Of a DNA stretch of 64,000 bases, positions 40,182 through 53,988 are shown piece by piece. The notes beneath the pieces are model-generated. The model saw nothing but the letters and a program-made list of their open reading frames with translations, was not told the DNA's origin and ran no database searches. The DNA is from Trichosphaerium sp. ATCC 40318 (taxonomy: Eukaryota; Protista; Tubulinea). Both the position numbers and the translations under genes were made by a program. Location of the stretch: positions 62,001 through 126,000 of the forward strand of contig JALMLS010000064.1 in the NCBI GenBank assembly GCA_038496445.1, given 5' to 3'. How positions within the stretch are numbered: the stretch's first letter is position 1; each line of letters opens with the position of its first letter.

Positions 40182-42542
40182 TTATTGAACTGAGGGGGTA
40201 CTATACTACATTTAACAACATTTTTTTCTTTTTTACGATTGCGGCCAAATACTCAGCGGTTCTTTCCAACTTATTTTTGCTGTGGCTTTTTTAGCGCCAG
40301 TGTGTAAAGTTAAAGGTTCATCTGGAATTTCCAAATCGCTTTCAAAATTTTCAAAGTCGTCTGTACTTGACGATGCGTCATCGCGAGACAAAACTGAGGA
40401 AGAATCCTAAAATAGGAGTTAGCTGCTTGTTTTTTTCGCAAGTTCGTAAAATTAGTTCTTTTTTTTTTTTTGAATTACCGAACGCACCGAAGAATTGCCG
40501 TCAAATTTAACTAATGCCTCCTCGCTGAAATGTGGTGGGAACTCAATGTCATCCCATTCTTCGACCTCTGCGGCTTGTGGAGGTTCGATAGATTTTGGTT
40601 TGAGAGGTTGTGGTACTCTCAATATGCCATCAAAGTTATCGCCATCAAAAGCGTCATCCCAGTCGTCTAGTTCTTCATCTTGGCTTGTGTTCAATGACGA
40701 AGGTGTATCAACGTTCATAGCATCAGGTGTAATTAAAGTCATATTTTTGTGGCTAGATCCATTCTCTGCCTTGCGTGGAGTCAAGTTTTTAGCTGCATCT
40801 ACATTCAACTCTTCATCAAAATCCCACAAATCTTCAGTAGATACTTCTTTGTATTTATTCAAATCTACGCTCTTCTTTTCTTGAGCCCTATTTTACCACG
40901 TCGTTAGTAAAACAAATAAAAAACCAGGGATAGTTCAACTGAAAATAATAAAAAAAAGGGGAACTACCTAAATCGCTTTTGTTGCGCTTGCGGTCTTGGA
41001 TGAAACTTGGGCCGCATAGGCTCAAGCCCTGCCAGTTGTCGCACTTGTCGTATTGTGTGCATTATACCTGCCCTTCGCACAAATTGATAGTGGGCTTTGC
41101 TGTCCTCGTTCGCTTCTTTCACTAGCCAACCTTTGAGCTCAACGTTGTGGTTGTTGGCACTTTGCATGATCCTCTTTTTGTCTTGTTCTGAGAGAACAAA
41201 CTCAACTGTCAACTTGTGCTCTAAAAAGATGTTTTTGAGTGGTTGAATTTATTAAATAAATCAGCAAGAAAAAATCCGAGTGTGTGAGGACGTACTGCTG
41301 TCATCCTCGTCAACAAAAAAATCAGGAAATACATCACCTTCAGCCCAATTTCCTTCCCACCTAAACAAAAAAATCAATCAGTACTTTTCCTTTTTTTTTT
41401 AATTAAAGGATTCATTGTGCTCCCACTCCAACCAAGTAACGTACTTCATAGTATTCGTATTGAGAACCATGCCGCTTTCCATGCGACCATGCTGCACGTG
41501 AACATCAACATAGTCCCGTATTAAAGGAATATTGGATTTCCTTGGGCTTGGCGAGGTAAATCGGTCTAAATCTTTCGTATTGCCTTCCCATTTCATTGTT
41601 ACATGATTCCACTTCATATTGGTGGTGGAACCCATATGCAAATCTGTAGGATCGATATCATGGGGAGAGATAAAGTTAGGATCGCGTCTAAGTCGCTTAA
41701 GGCCTAAACAAATAATCAATGATTGGATAGTTTGATTGACTGGTTGGTGAAGGTGATCGTAACTATAAAAAGAGAAAAGAAGCAAAAAAACTAAACGCGT
41801 ATAATTAACGCTTATTATTAGGTTTTTTTTTTTTTTCTGCCATCGAGCAAACAACTGCCATTGTTATATGGTGGTATTGGATTTGAGCAAATGAGTGAAA
41901 AAAGTTGTTTTTTGGGTTTTTTTTTTTTTTCCTTTTTGTGGGTCAACAGACTATTAACACGTACCCGGATCGCGTTCGTTTCCATCCCAAGCACCACGCG
42001 CGGAGTCCCATCGCATATTGGAAGGCGCAACTAAAGAATTGTTAGAGCCTCAAGAATTTGTAACGCTTTAACGGTAGCAAAAAAGCAATTGTACCAATCT
42101 CTTCGCTCCCGTACTGCTCCCAGAGGTCCGGGGAAATTGTGACGTAATTTCTCTAGTCCTGTTTTAGTTTTTGCGTTTGGTAGTTCAAAACTCTTTCAAA
42201 TTCTTCTTTACTTACACCTAATTTTGCATCTGGCAATCCTGTGTTGCTGCCTTGGCCGTTTTCCTCTTGTTGATCGAGAAAGTACAGTTCTTTTTTGATT
42301 ATAATCTCTATGTCCTCCAGAATACCGCGCACTTTGGTAATTTTCGTTGTTTGTTTTACCTTTTGGAGTTTTTGTTATTTGTTGGCGTTGTTGTTGGGAG
42401 CCAACGGTACCTCAGTGTCACTACCTGCGCTTCGCGCAGTAGGCGGTCCAGTGTTTTGTTGCTCTTTCCCGTCTGAAAACCATCCACTAACTTTCATGCG
42501 GTTCGCTGATAGCATAGAAGGATCTTGCGAGCCTTCTTGCAT
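40182..42542 (-). CDS. Byr4/Bfa1-like protein (ends approximate)
   Basis: Two copies of the M-x-(W/L)N...WEGN motif (MKWNHVTMKWEGN and, across an intron, MVLNTNTMKWEGN) plus acidic DDWDD/EEWDD motifs. Confidence 0.6.
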
Positions 42543-42896
42543 TGTTAGTTGTTTTCTGTGCTCCTTATCGTTCAGTTCTCGACTACAATTGACTCAATTT
42601 GATAGAAATTACGCGCTGCAGTAATCACGTAATGCATAGAAATCACTCAAATGCACACCACACGTTCTAGTACCAGCGCAGCGCGTATTTCTAACTCCTG
42701 AAAATAAGGGTTTGGTTTTTTCCATTTTTGATAAAGCGGCAATTTCAAACGCGATAGCGTTGTTGTGTGTTCAAACACCATGTTACAATTTTTGCATCAG
42801 AATAGGTTGATTGATCATATGTGTTAAATCTGTAGTGTATTTCTTTTTCTGATTGAAAGTGTTTTAGTTTTCAAGATTGAAACTTGATGGTATTCT

Positions 42897-43619
42897 CAGG
42901 GATGAAACTGGAGTTGGCATTACCTACCAAATGCTGGCATTTGATTGAAATCAAGCATAATGAAGCATAAAGTAGGCAAACACAAGCATCAATTGCTTAT
43001 GAAATGCCATTTTTTGGCATGGCATTAATCAAGCATTTCAAGACATGCTATCTTTGGCATTAATCTTGCATATGTAGGCAATGCCAAAACCTCTTTTGTT
43101 CAAGAAAGAGATGTTTGATTGTTCATGTTTGTATACTTTAAAGGTAGATATATAAAAAAAGTACAATCTCAATACAACAATAACAAAAAAACAATGAATG
43201 AAAATGGGGGTCCACTATTAAACAGCATATAGCAATCTTAGTATTTCAACAATTCTAACGAAACCTACCTCATTTGAACCACAGCACCCAAATACACCTG
43301 TAAACATGGCAAAAGTAAAATACATGTAATACACAGGTGATCAAAATAAAATTATAACAATACTTAGAAACTTTTTTTTTGTATTTGTCAATGTAAATTG
43401 TTGTAACACAAATAAATACAAGTTTGATGCCTTATAAATGTCTATTTTATGCCAGCATTATACTTGAATAATGTTTGATTTATGTCCAGCATTTGGAGGG
43501 TTAAATGCCTTGTTTATGTCTGGAATAGTTGTGTATTGGATTCAGGCATCTAGCAGGCATTTGGTTAAAAAAATGCCAGTTTTTGGTCAAATGCCTGGTT
43601 AATGCCAGTTTTAGCCCTA
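42897..43619 (+). mobile_element. non-autonomous hAT-like element, copy 1 (about 723 bp)
   Basis: Ends CAGGGATGAAACTGG...CCAGTTTTAGCCCTA with many subterminal GGCAT/ATGCC motifs. Homologous over its length to 46786-47509 in inverse orientation. Confidence 0.8.
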
Positions 43620-43789
43620 ATATGGGATTTTGTCCCATACTTTTGACTTATATTCCACAACCAAATAGCTACATCAATGAGTTTTTTAATAATAGGTAAG
43701 AGAACTGTTTTCAAAGTGTCACTATTCATGAACATGAATAAGGCTCAAAAAAAAAAATTATTTTCTTTTCCTCTATAAAGTGGTGTTTT

Positions 43790-44200
43790 ATGCGTGTCCA
43801 AAACATGCGATATGTGTGGCAAATATGTGTGCCCAAAACATGACCAAAACGTGCAATTTGTGTGGCCAGCATGTGGAAGAGAAATGTGCCTTTTGTGTGA
43901 AAAATAAACATGCCCAAAACGTGTCCAAAATGTGTCTTTTGTGTAGAAAATAAATGTGCCCAAAACGTGTCATTCACCTGTCGTCTGATTCCACCACTGA
44001 CACCAAAAGCAACAATTGTGTTTACATCTAGCATTCAAGTATTGAAATCCCATTTGCATATTAGAAATAATACTGGACACACAACAAAGCAAGTACATTG
44101 GTTTGAAATATTTGCATTTTGTCCACTTAAAGTGTACAGCATGAATTGCACATTTTGGGCACATTTATTTTCCACACATATGGCATGTTTTAGGCATGTA
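43790..44200. repeat. degenerate repeat element with TGTGCCCAAAAC(G/A)TG units and an inverted terminal copy
   Basis: Units are tandem at about 43790-43970, with a reverse-complement copy at about 44143-44200. Confidence 0.6.
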
Positions 44201-44298
44201 TATTTTGGCTGAAACAAATAATTGCAAATAACAAAAACAAATGAAATTACTATTAAAGCAATGGCAGAGTTTTGGTTATGATACATTGTTTTATTAAT

Positions 44299-44445
44299 GT
44301 ACAGGTAGAGTACAGATCAACAATACAGAACCCATACAGGTTAAGTACGGGTCAAAAGTACAGGTCACATACAGGTTTTGTACAGGTCAAAAGTACAGGT
44401 TCTGTATGGGTTTAGTATCAGTCAAAATTCCGATTCCAGTACTGT
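44299..44445. mobile_element. right-end fragment of a GTACGGG-repeat non-autonomous element
   Basis: GTAC(G/A)GG...TCAAAA units ending CCGATTCCAGTACTGT. Near-identical to about 47553-47664. Confidence 0.65.
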
Positions 44446-44800
44446 TTCTTAGGTTCTAGAACTGCTTCCTTTCCACCTTGGCAGTTTGTCTATCCTTGAC
44501 ATCTCCACCATAGCTGACAATTTTAAAGCTTCTCTTTGGTTTAGGCACCTTAACACAATCACACTGTATTCTGATCTTTGGGAATCTAGTCTTTCTGAAA
44601 TAGGAAACTATTGCCAGGAAATATGCTAATGCAATAGGTAGTATGCTCATCAAACACATTTCACCTTTCTTATCCTCCTGGCCTTTTAACACTCTTAAGC
44701 TAACTACTAACAAAGAAAAAGGAGCTCCATCATGCATTGCATTTGAAAATGTTGCAACTCTCTTTTCAATCCATACTTTATCTGTCATACTCCCAATTTT
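44446..44800 (-). pseudogene. non-LTR retrotransposon fragment, RNase H-like
   Basis: RVLKGQEDKKGEMCL...ALAY...KIRIQCDC resembles LINE RNase H motifs. CpG-depleted and bounded by TE ends. Confidence 0.45.
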
Positions 44801-44803
44801 ACT

Positions 44804-45033
44804 ACAGTAGTAAAATCGGGAGTACGGATAATGTACGGGTAGAGTACGGGTCAAAAAGTACGGATTCCGTACGGGTTTTGTACGGGTTGAAAGTACGGGT
44901 TACGTACGGGTTTAATCCGGGTCAAAAGTACAGAACCCGTACGGGTTGAGTACAGGTCAAAAGTACAGGTTCCGTACGGGTTGAGTACGGGTCAAAAGTA
45001 CAGGTTCCATACAGGTTAGGTACGGGTCAAAAT
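44804..45033. mobile_element. left-end fragment of the GTACGGG-repeat element
   Basis: Starts ACAGTAGTAAAATCGGG, an imperfect inverse of the right end above, followed by tandem GTACGGGTCAAAAGTACAGGTTCCGTACGGGTT units. Confidence 0.65.
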
Positions 45034-45104
45034 ATGTGTCAGCAGTTATAATTGTGTACACAAAATAGTAAAAACGATGGATTGGTTTATTGTTTTCTTA
45101 ACTA

Positions 45105-45170
45105 TTACAAGTACATTTACATTACAACACATTACAATACATTACATTACATTACAACCCCATTACCACT
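45105..45170. repeat. (ACATT)n degenerate microsatellite
   Basis: tacatttacattacaacacattacaatacattacattacattac. Confidence 0.7.
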
Positions 45171-45522
45171 AAAAGACCATGTTTTTGACCTGTTTGAGGA
45201 GATATTTTAGACATCATGCCTTAATTGTACTAAAACCCAACTTAATATCCACAACTTAACAACTATTTCAGAAAAATGCTTGAAACCCATAATCGCCTTT
45301 AAAAAGTGGTTTAATAGAGCTATTAGGCCATAATATCCTTAAACTACTCCAAATACATATTTTCTGTCGTTTTTGCCTAAAAATGGTGAGTTGATCCCCA
45401 AACCACCATGAAACCATGCATTGTACCTAAATATACCTAATGCTACATTTTCTGAGCAGTTCATACAGTCAGACCAAAGTTATTCAATAAAACAACAAAA
45501 TTCAGCAAAAAGCTACATTTTG

Positions 45523-46602
45523 TTTGTTTGTTTGTTTGTTTGTTTATTGTTTATTGTCTGGCATTGACTTGCAGGGCGCAGAAAAGGCCGCTTAAAGTAG
45601 TCGTCAAACACCCGACACGGCCACTAGGACCATAGTTGTAAAAAAATTAAAAGTATTGGAGGAAAAGTTACAGAAAACCTCCCAGACACAGGAAAAGCCA
45701 CCTCCGGCGTAAAAACCTGTTTACCCTTACATAGTTTGTTCCATATCCATCCCTCCATTACATCCATATCCATATCTTCTGTGATTTTCCAAACACATTC
45801 CTGTCCATTCCGTATTATACTAGTTCTATGTAACACCTGTGTCCGGACCTTGTGTCCATGCCGGCTAGCTCTCCAACAACCTCTACCAACTTTCCTACCC
45901 CTTTTTTCTCTGATTTTCGCTTCCATAGTACATCTCGCCTTGTATTTACGGTACACTAGCGTCATGTACGCATTATTGATCATCTTAGTAGCCTGGGCTG
46001 CCTTATGTTTGTTCAGACCCAATACGTTAGCCACTCGTTCCATCATGCCCTTCATAACCCATTCTTGTGATGTACGATATGCAAAGTTGTCATTTATATC
46101 CTTTTGAGTACCCCACATCTCTGCTAGTTCCTCCGCTCTCGTGATGACAGGCATGCCTTGATGCATGTCGTCTGTGAAGAGCTCTCGATACATGGTGGTC
46201 TTTTTCCTCGCTCATACCGAGCATGGCTACCTCTCTCATCTCGTTAGATACTTTCCATGTTTTTACCATATCCGGTAATACAAATACATTTCCGTCCGTA
46301 ACCCTAATGATACATGACCTATTGGCATCTGACTCTTCCCACAATAGTCTAGTGTGTTTCCAGAATAGAACGTGATTAACAATATGGCAAATGTGTGTAA
46401 TAAAATGAAACCAAAAGTTAAAATCACTGTTTTCGCAAACCAAAAAGTGATAATAGTCTTCTATAACTTCACTACCTATTTTGTGGCAAACTCCGCAGTA
46501 TGGGTATGGGTACATAATGCGGTTACGTTTGGACCACACAGACTCTGCCTTGCCAGCTCTTCTTGTATTATGACATGCCTTGTTAAGGTGCAAAGAATGG
46601 TT
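45523..46602 (-). mobile_element. 5'-truncated non-LTR retrotransposon with (CAAA)n tail and 22-bp target-site duplication
   Basis: TSD TTCAGCAAAAAGCTACATTTTG at 45501-45522 and 46603-46624. CCHC knuckle CGVC...EDYYHFLVC, one frameshift, and tail AATAAACAATAAA(CAAA)n. Confidence 0.9.
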
Positions 46603-46785
46603 TTCAGCAAAAAGCTACATTTTGCACTTTATTAAGTTTTCTCCTCTACTTTTTAAGTAAATGCCCTAATAACCTTAAAACACCCTCATCTATTAATAAT
46701 ACATGTTTTTGTACCTTACGATTACAAGCTGCCATTTAATTGCAGTAATTTTTTTGGATTTTTTGATTGCCAAAATCCAAACAAA

Positions 46786-47509
46786 CAGGGTTAAAACTGG
46801 AGTTGGCATTTGAAAGCAAATGCCTACTAAATGCTTGTTTAAATGCCTGTTTTTATGGCCAAATGCCTGGTAGATGCTTGAATCCAGTTCACAACTATTC
46901 CAGCATAAACAAGGCATTTAACCCTCCAAATGCTGGACATAAATCAAGCATAATTCAGGTATAATGCAGGCATAAAATAGGCATTTATAAGGTATCAAAC
47001 TTGTATTTATTTGTGTTACAACAATGTATACAATTACAAAAAAAAAGTTCCAAAGTATTGTTATAATTTCGATCGCCTGTGTATTACATGTAATTTACTT
47101 TCGCTCTATTTGCAGGTGTATTTGGGTGCTGCGGTTCGAATGAGCTAGGTTTCGTTAGAATTAATAAAATGCTAAGAGCGCTATGTGCCGTTTAATATAG
47201 GACCACCATTTTCGTTCAGTGTTTTTTTTGCTGTTGTTGTTTGGAGATTGTACTTTTTCTATATACCTACCTTAAAGTATACAAACATGAACATCCCTTC
47301 ATTGAACTAAAAGGGTTTTGGCATTGCTTACATATGCCAAGGGTGGCATGTTTTGAAATGCTTGATTAATGCCATGCCAAAAAAATGCAGGCATTTCATA
47401 AGCAGTTGTTACTTGTGTTCCATGAAATGCCTATTTTATGCTTTATTATGCCTGATTTCAACCAAATGCCAGCATTTGCTAGGTAATGCCAACTCCAGTT
47501 TTAGCCCTG
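46786..47509 (-). mobile_element. non-autonomous hAT-like element, copy 2 (about 724 bp)
   Basis: TIRs CAGGGTTAAAACTGGAGTTGGCATT / AATGCCAACTCCAGTTTTAGCCCTG. Confidence 0.85.
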
Positions 47510-47519
47510 TTATTTAATT

Positions 47520-47664
47520 GTACTCTACCTGTATGGATCCCGTATGTAACCTGTACAGGTAGAGTACGGGTCAACAATACAGAACCCGTACGGGTTAAGT
47601 ACGGGTCAAAAGTACAGGTTTCATACAGGTTTAGTACAGGTCAAAATCCCAATTCCAGTACTGT
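47520..47664. mobile_element. right-end fragment of the GTACGGG-repeat element
   Basis: Same units as above, ending CCCAATTCCAGTACTGT. Confidence 0.65.
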
Positions 47665-48230
47665 ACCTCTAAGAGAACTAATTGATTTAAAAATTTTGGG
47701 TACATTCCACTTTTTATCTATCATTGATTGAAGTGTGGGAGGCCATTTAACATCTAAGGGTTTAGGTGTATTGTGTTTGACAATGTCAGACACTTTAACA
47801 TACTGTTGATTGGGAAGTACTTTGATATCTTTAGCCAGCTTGGACCACTGAATATAACAATTGTAACCAATGTTAGACAGATTAGATTCCCATAAATCAG
47901 AGTATAATGTGACAACTCTAGTGTGTCTCAACCATAATGATGCTTTAAAGTTATTGGCAATGGTGGAAATGTCTGGAACTGACAAGCCACCTAGATGGAA
48001 AGGTAAACTAGTTCTAGAGCCTAAAGAGGAATGATAAGTGTGAGAATTGTTGTATACTTTAGAAACATTGTTGATACTGTCATAGTAGCCATAAAAAAGA
48101 AACCAATTAACAATATTACACCATTGCCTGTCAATATGAGCTGGTATATCCAATGGCCTAGCAAAGTAAAGCACTTGGGACTGTGCATATGTTCTCAGTA
48201 TAGAATGCTTGTACAAGTCAAAATCTTGAT
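47665..48230 (-). pseudogene. non-LTR retrotransposon ORF2 fragment (region just after RT)
   Basis: ILRTYAQSQVLYF...FLF...LPFHLGGLSVPDI matches the LPxxxGGL motif of L1/Tx1-like ORF2. Confidence 0.7.
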
Positions 48231-48461
48231 TTCAGTATTGTAATAATGTAGTCATGACAAAACTAAATCACATCACCTCATTGTAACACAAATAAACACG
48301 ACTTATAAATGGTTTATCATAACTCACAAACCATATTAATACTGCAAGTGTATTTTGTAAGGCATAAAGAGGCATATTGACCACTTTATTTAACTTTTTG
48401 CATTTCACTGAATTTGAAAATTCAACACTGTCAAAATTAGTTTATTATTACCACTAGCGAC

Positions 48462-50053
48462 ATGTACGGCTCTCAAAACAACCCCAACAAAGATCACGAA
48501 GTTAGCTCACCTCCATCTGATGGCATTTCAAGCTTGTCGTGGTCCCCTAATAGCCAATTTCTTGTTGCAGGAAGCTGGGACGAAAAGGTAACGAATAGAT
48601 ACTAAATTGACGACGTAGAAACATATTATACAGGTCAGATGCTGGCAAATCAACCACGGCGGGAATAATTCTTTTCAATCGTCGCCCAAAAGCATGACGG
48701 CAGTAGGAGCGCCTATTTTATGTACAGAATTTGCTCCAGTACGCTTCAATCAGTCGTAAACAACCAAAACTCAATTTTTTGAACACAGGACGGTGCAAAA
48801 GTGTTCACAGGCGCTTGCGATGGCAAAGCGCAGCTATGGGATCTTCAAGCGAATAAATTACAAGCCATAGGAAAGGTGCGTCAACTGCTGCTTTCGCGCT
48901 CAATTGAGCAGGAAACAACGTTGCCACACAGTTGTGTAGTAAGATGTATTAACACAACCACAGCACGACCAACCAATACGACACATGGCATGGGTGGCCA
49001 ACCATAATTTGCTTGTCACCGGTGGTTGGGACAAAACGCTTAAATACTGGGATTGCAGGCAGCCTAATCCATCCGCTACGGTACGTTTGCGATCAACTGG
49101 CGTCTATCAACAGTACTAACATCATTTGCACAGGTACAAATGCCTGAACGCGTCTACGCAATGGATATAGTGGGCAGGCTAGGTGTTATAGGATGCGCTA
49201 ACCGACACATTTTGGCGTTTGACATGCAAAAACCGCAAACACCTCTCAGAGTACGTATAAATGTCCCTTTTGACCGTGCTTAGACATTTACACTTTGTAG
49301 AAAGTAGATAGTCCACTCAAGTGTCAGACACGATGCATTGCTTGCTTTCCTGACGCAACTGGCTTTGCTCTCGGTTCAATAGAAGGCCGTGTGGCAATAC
49401 ACTACGTCAACCAAAACCGAGCAAGGTACGCGTAATGTGCAGCCACTTTACGCATATTACTGCCACTCTTCACCTCACCTCTCCGAACAATGACTGACAA
49501 GTTAAAATAGCGACAACTTTGCATTCAAATGTCACAGAGAGGGGAAAAACGTTCACGCTGTTAACTGTATTGCTTTTAACTCTCAATACGGCACATTTGC
49601 AACTTGTGGGTCAGATGGAACCTTCCACTTTTGGGATAAGGTATACAAACTCAAGTGCCAACAAATTTCTCCCCCTAACACCATTGTAGAACAGCAAGCA
49701 ACGCCTCAAACAATTTAAAAAGTGTGCAAAGTCTATAACTGCTGCTGCATTCTCACCAAATTCCAGTGCTTTCGCATATGCTGTAAGCTACGATTGGAGC
49801 AAGGTACGTTCTTTGACATCACTAACCAGTGTGACATACTCAACCACATGACAATCACATACTAACTAAAAATGTAGGGTGTACAACGATACAACCCTTC
49901 TGACCCGAATTCTATTTACATTCATGGCACTCCACCTGGCGAAATCCAATCTAGAGCTAAACCAAGTGCGTTGATTGCATATTTTACATGTTTTCTGGTT
50001 TTTATTATTATTTTTTTTTGACACTTATTTGCGCTCTAGATCGCCGACACTAA
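48462..50053 (+). CDS. RAE1: mRNA export factor RAE1/Gle2 (WD40)
   Basis: [48 protein letters not shown] and [12 protein letters not shown]. Confidence 0.95.
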
Positions 50054-50110
50054 ACTGTGTGCTGCCGACCACGATTTTTGTACAAAATAAAATTACAGTT
50101 TTCTTCGTTT

Positions 50111-51520
50111 TTAGTTCACATTCCAATTTGGCTTGTATGTACCTGTACCGCCAGGTTGGCCCCACGCTTGCTGTGGATATTGCGGCATCTGCCCTTGCGC
50201 AGGTACTTGCCCTTGAGGTGACCACTGATACTGGTAAGGGTAAGGATACGTCATACCAGCTCCTCCCGCATGCGCCATTGGATGTGCTTGATACCCTTGT
50301 GCAACCGGATATTGGCTGTACTGTTGCTGTAAATGAGGAGGCATAGGTTGATGCTGGTGAGGAGGTACGGACATAGACTGTCGCTGTTGCTGCATAGGCG
50401 GAGCAGCTACTCTTTGTTTCTTTCTTGGTCTACTCCTGCCAGCAGCTCTTCCATTAGCCTTTCTAGTTGCACTCTTTGATTGTTTCTTTGCTTGCTTTGC
50501 CTTGCGCTCTTCCTCGTCGTCCGAGAAGTCTTGCAAGTGAAGTGGCAATTCCTCGTCCCATTGCCCACTGGCATCATAGCCTTTAGTGTATACGTGCTCT
50601 GGCACCACCAGTGATACTTTATCAGGCGGAAAGTACAATGTCAAGCCTATCTTAAAATGGTGCGCAACATCATCGTCTATACGCACTGAGTACACTGGAT
50701 CTTCTACTTGCCCAAAAATGTCTGTTATAGTACCCAGCACTACCCTCTCGGCGGTGCATATCACACTATTGGGTGATAGATGCGTTTCTCTACAAGATGG
50801 TGTGAGTATAAGCAGTGCGTGCACATCGGACAATCATTTTGTACCGTGGGTGTGATTTTAATATGGCTACACTATCTACAATGCTCTCCACTGTGCCAAC
50901 AATATCAAGCTTTTCTGTGGGCGCAATAGGTGGAATGTCTTTCACTTCTACAAGCGCACAAGGACACATTAGTATTTGATTGCGAAAGGGAAAAACAGTT
51001 TATATATTGTCTTAAAAAAAACTGTGGCTTACTTGTGTACGAACAGTCATCAACTTCATGCTTCGTCCTCAGCACTGGAAATACACTCGCCTTGTTCGCC
51101 TCCAACGTAGGTTTTGCAGTACTGTCATGCTCCGATTGAGGCTCTTGCTGCGTTGTGGTAACAGTTGGTTGTGGCACTTGCTTTGCTTGTTCTTCGGCGT
51201 CGTCGCTGTCAGACGAACTGTCGACAGACCAGCTATGAAGGCTTGATTCAGAGGCTGAGTATGCAACCAACCCTTCGGAAGCGGCCTTGTCGGATTCAGT
51301 GGCGCGCGTTTGCGCAACTGCCTTGCTTGTATCATTTTGCTTCTCGTTGCCACTTTTGGCGTCACTGCTGTCACTTTCACTCTCCTCCGAACTTTCAGAA
51401 GCGCTGTCAGAGGACGACGAGGATGAAGTGCCATCATCAGAACTTGACACTGAATGTGACGCTTTGCGTTTCTTTGGCCTTTTTACGCGTAAATACGGTA
51501 CAAATAACCAATTGTGACAT
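50111..51520 (-). CDS. NAF1: H/ACA RNP assembly factor NAF1 (start approximate)
   Basis: Ser/acidic N-terminus, RTKHE, DIFGQVEDPVYSVR, KGYDAS...DEE...DFSDDEEER and a Pro/Gln-rich tail. Confidence 0.9.
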
Positions 51521-51807
51521 TACCGCGATAAAGTGGTGAGAACACCGTCCATTTTTTCGTCTAACCTCTGAAATTGCTTACCTACGCAATTAATATTCGT
51601 TATTGCAGCAATTATGCGCACCCAGCGTTCCAAGCTGTTCAGCGAGGTTATTCAACGCCGAAACAACACTCAGCGTTAGGTCAGACATATGTTGCGCGAG
51701 CCTTGATCAATTCTTCGTTATGTAGCAAAAAAAAAAAAAAAATGTGCAAAAAGTCAACAGAACATCGCGTCTGTCAAACAATTTCACCTACGGTACCTGC
51801 AAAGTCG

Positions 51808-52262
51808 ATGACGGACACTGAGAGGTACGTAAGTCGGTTAATGGTTGTAACAGTAACAGTATTGACACAGTGTACTACAACAAGCACTCACAGCAAACTG
51901 TGGGCACTTGGTCGGCATGGACTGGCGGTTCGGTGGTATGTACAACGACCTATTTGAATTTTTAAAGCTGTAATTTAAATAATTAACACCAGATATGTTA
52001 ATCGCGACCGTTAACGCCTGAGTTTATAGTTACGACATCGAATAAGAATTTGGAGCGAGTCGGTTCAACATTTTTACAGCTCAAGCTGTCTATCGATAGA
52101 GGAGGTGGTAACATTCACAAAGTTCACCTTGGTGCGTGTCGTGGTAATTTCGTACAAAGTTTCCAAACTGACTGGTCGTTTTCAGAGTTGACACTCCCTC
52201 AATTTTATAAATTTATGGGCGAAATGGAAAAAGCCAAAGCCAACTTGGAACTCTTGTGGTAG
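51808..52262 (+). CDS. COMM-domain protein (COMMD7-like, COMM domain only)
   Basis: Spliced LVGMDWRFGVTTSNKNLERVGSTFLQLKL...ELTLPQFYKFMGEMEKAK. Confidence 0.8.
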
Positions 52263-52323
52263 AAAATAATAATACAAGAACATGTCTCATTTATTTACAT
52301 GCACGGTCGTTTGCCAACATTGT

Positions 52324-53778
<1,455 letters not shown>

Positions 53779-53988
53779 TCTGTGTGTTGCGAAATGCACT
53801 ACAATAAATGATGACAGCGTTTGGTAAACACAACGGAGCAATAAAAATACTGTTGACCGCTTAATTACTAATTTTGTCTTCGGTTTTTTTTTTGGCTAAT
53901 TATTCAATTTTCTACCCCGAACGCGTCCGTTTGTTAAGCGCGTTTAGTTACATTCCACTGGCGCCTATATATAAAAAACAGCAACAAA

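Noticed and set aside
43726-44286. Overlapping ORFs with HFGHVLG-like repeats
   Set aside because: They are translations of a degenerate DNA repeat, open in several frames and on both strands.
44804-45033. CRISPR-like array
   Set aside because: No unique spacers, eukaryotic context and no cas genes. It is a tandem subterminal repeat.
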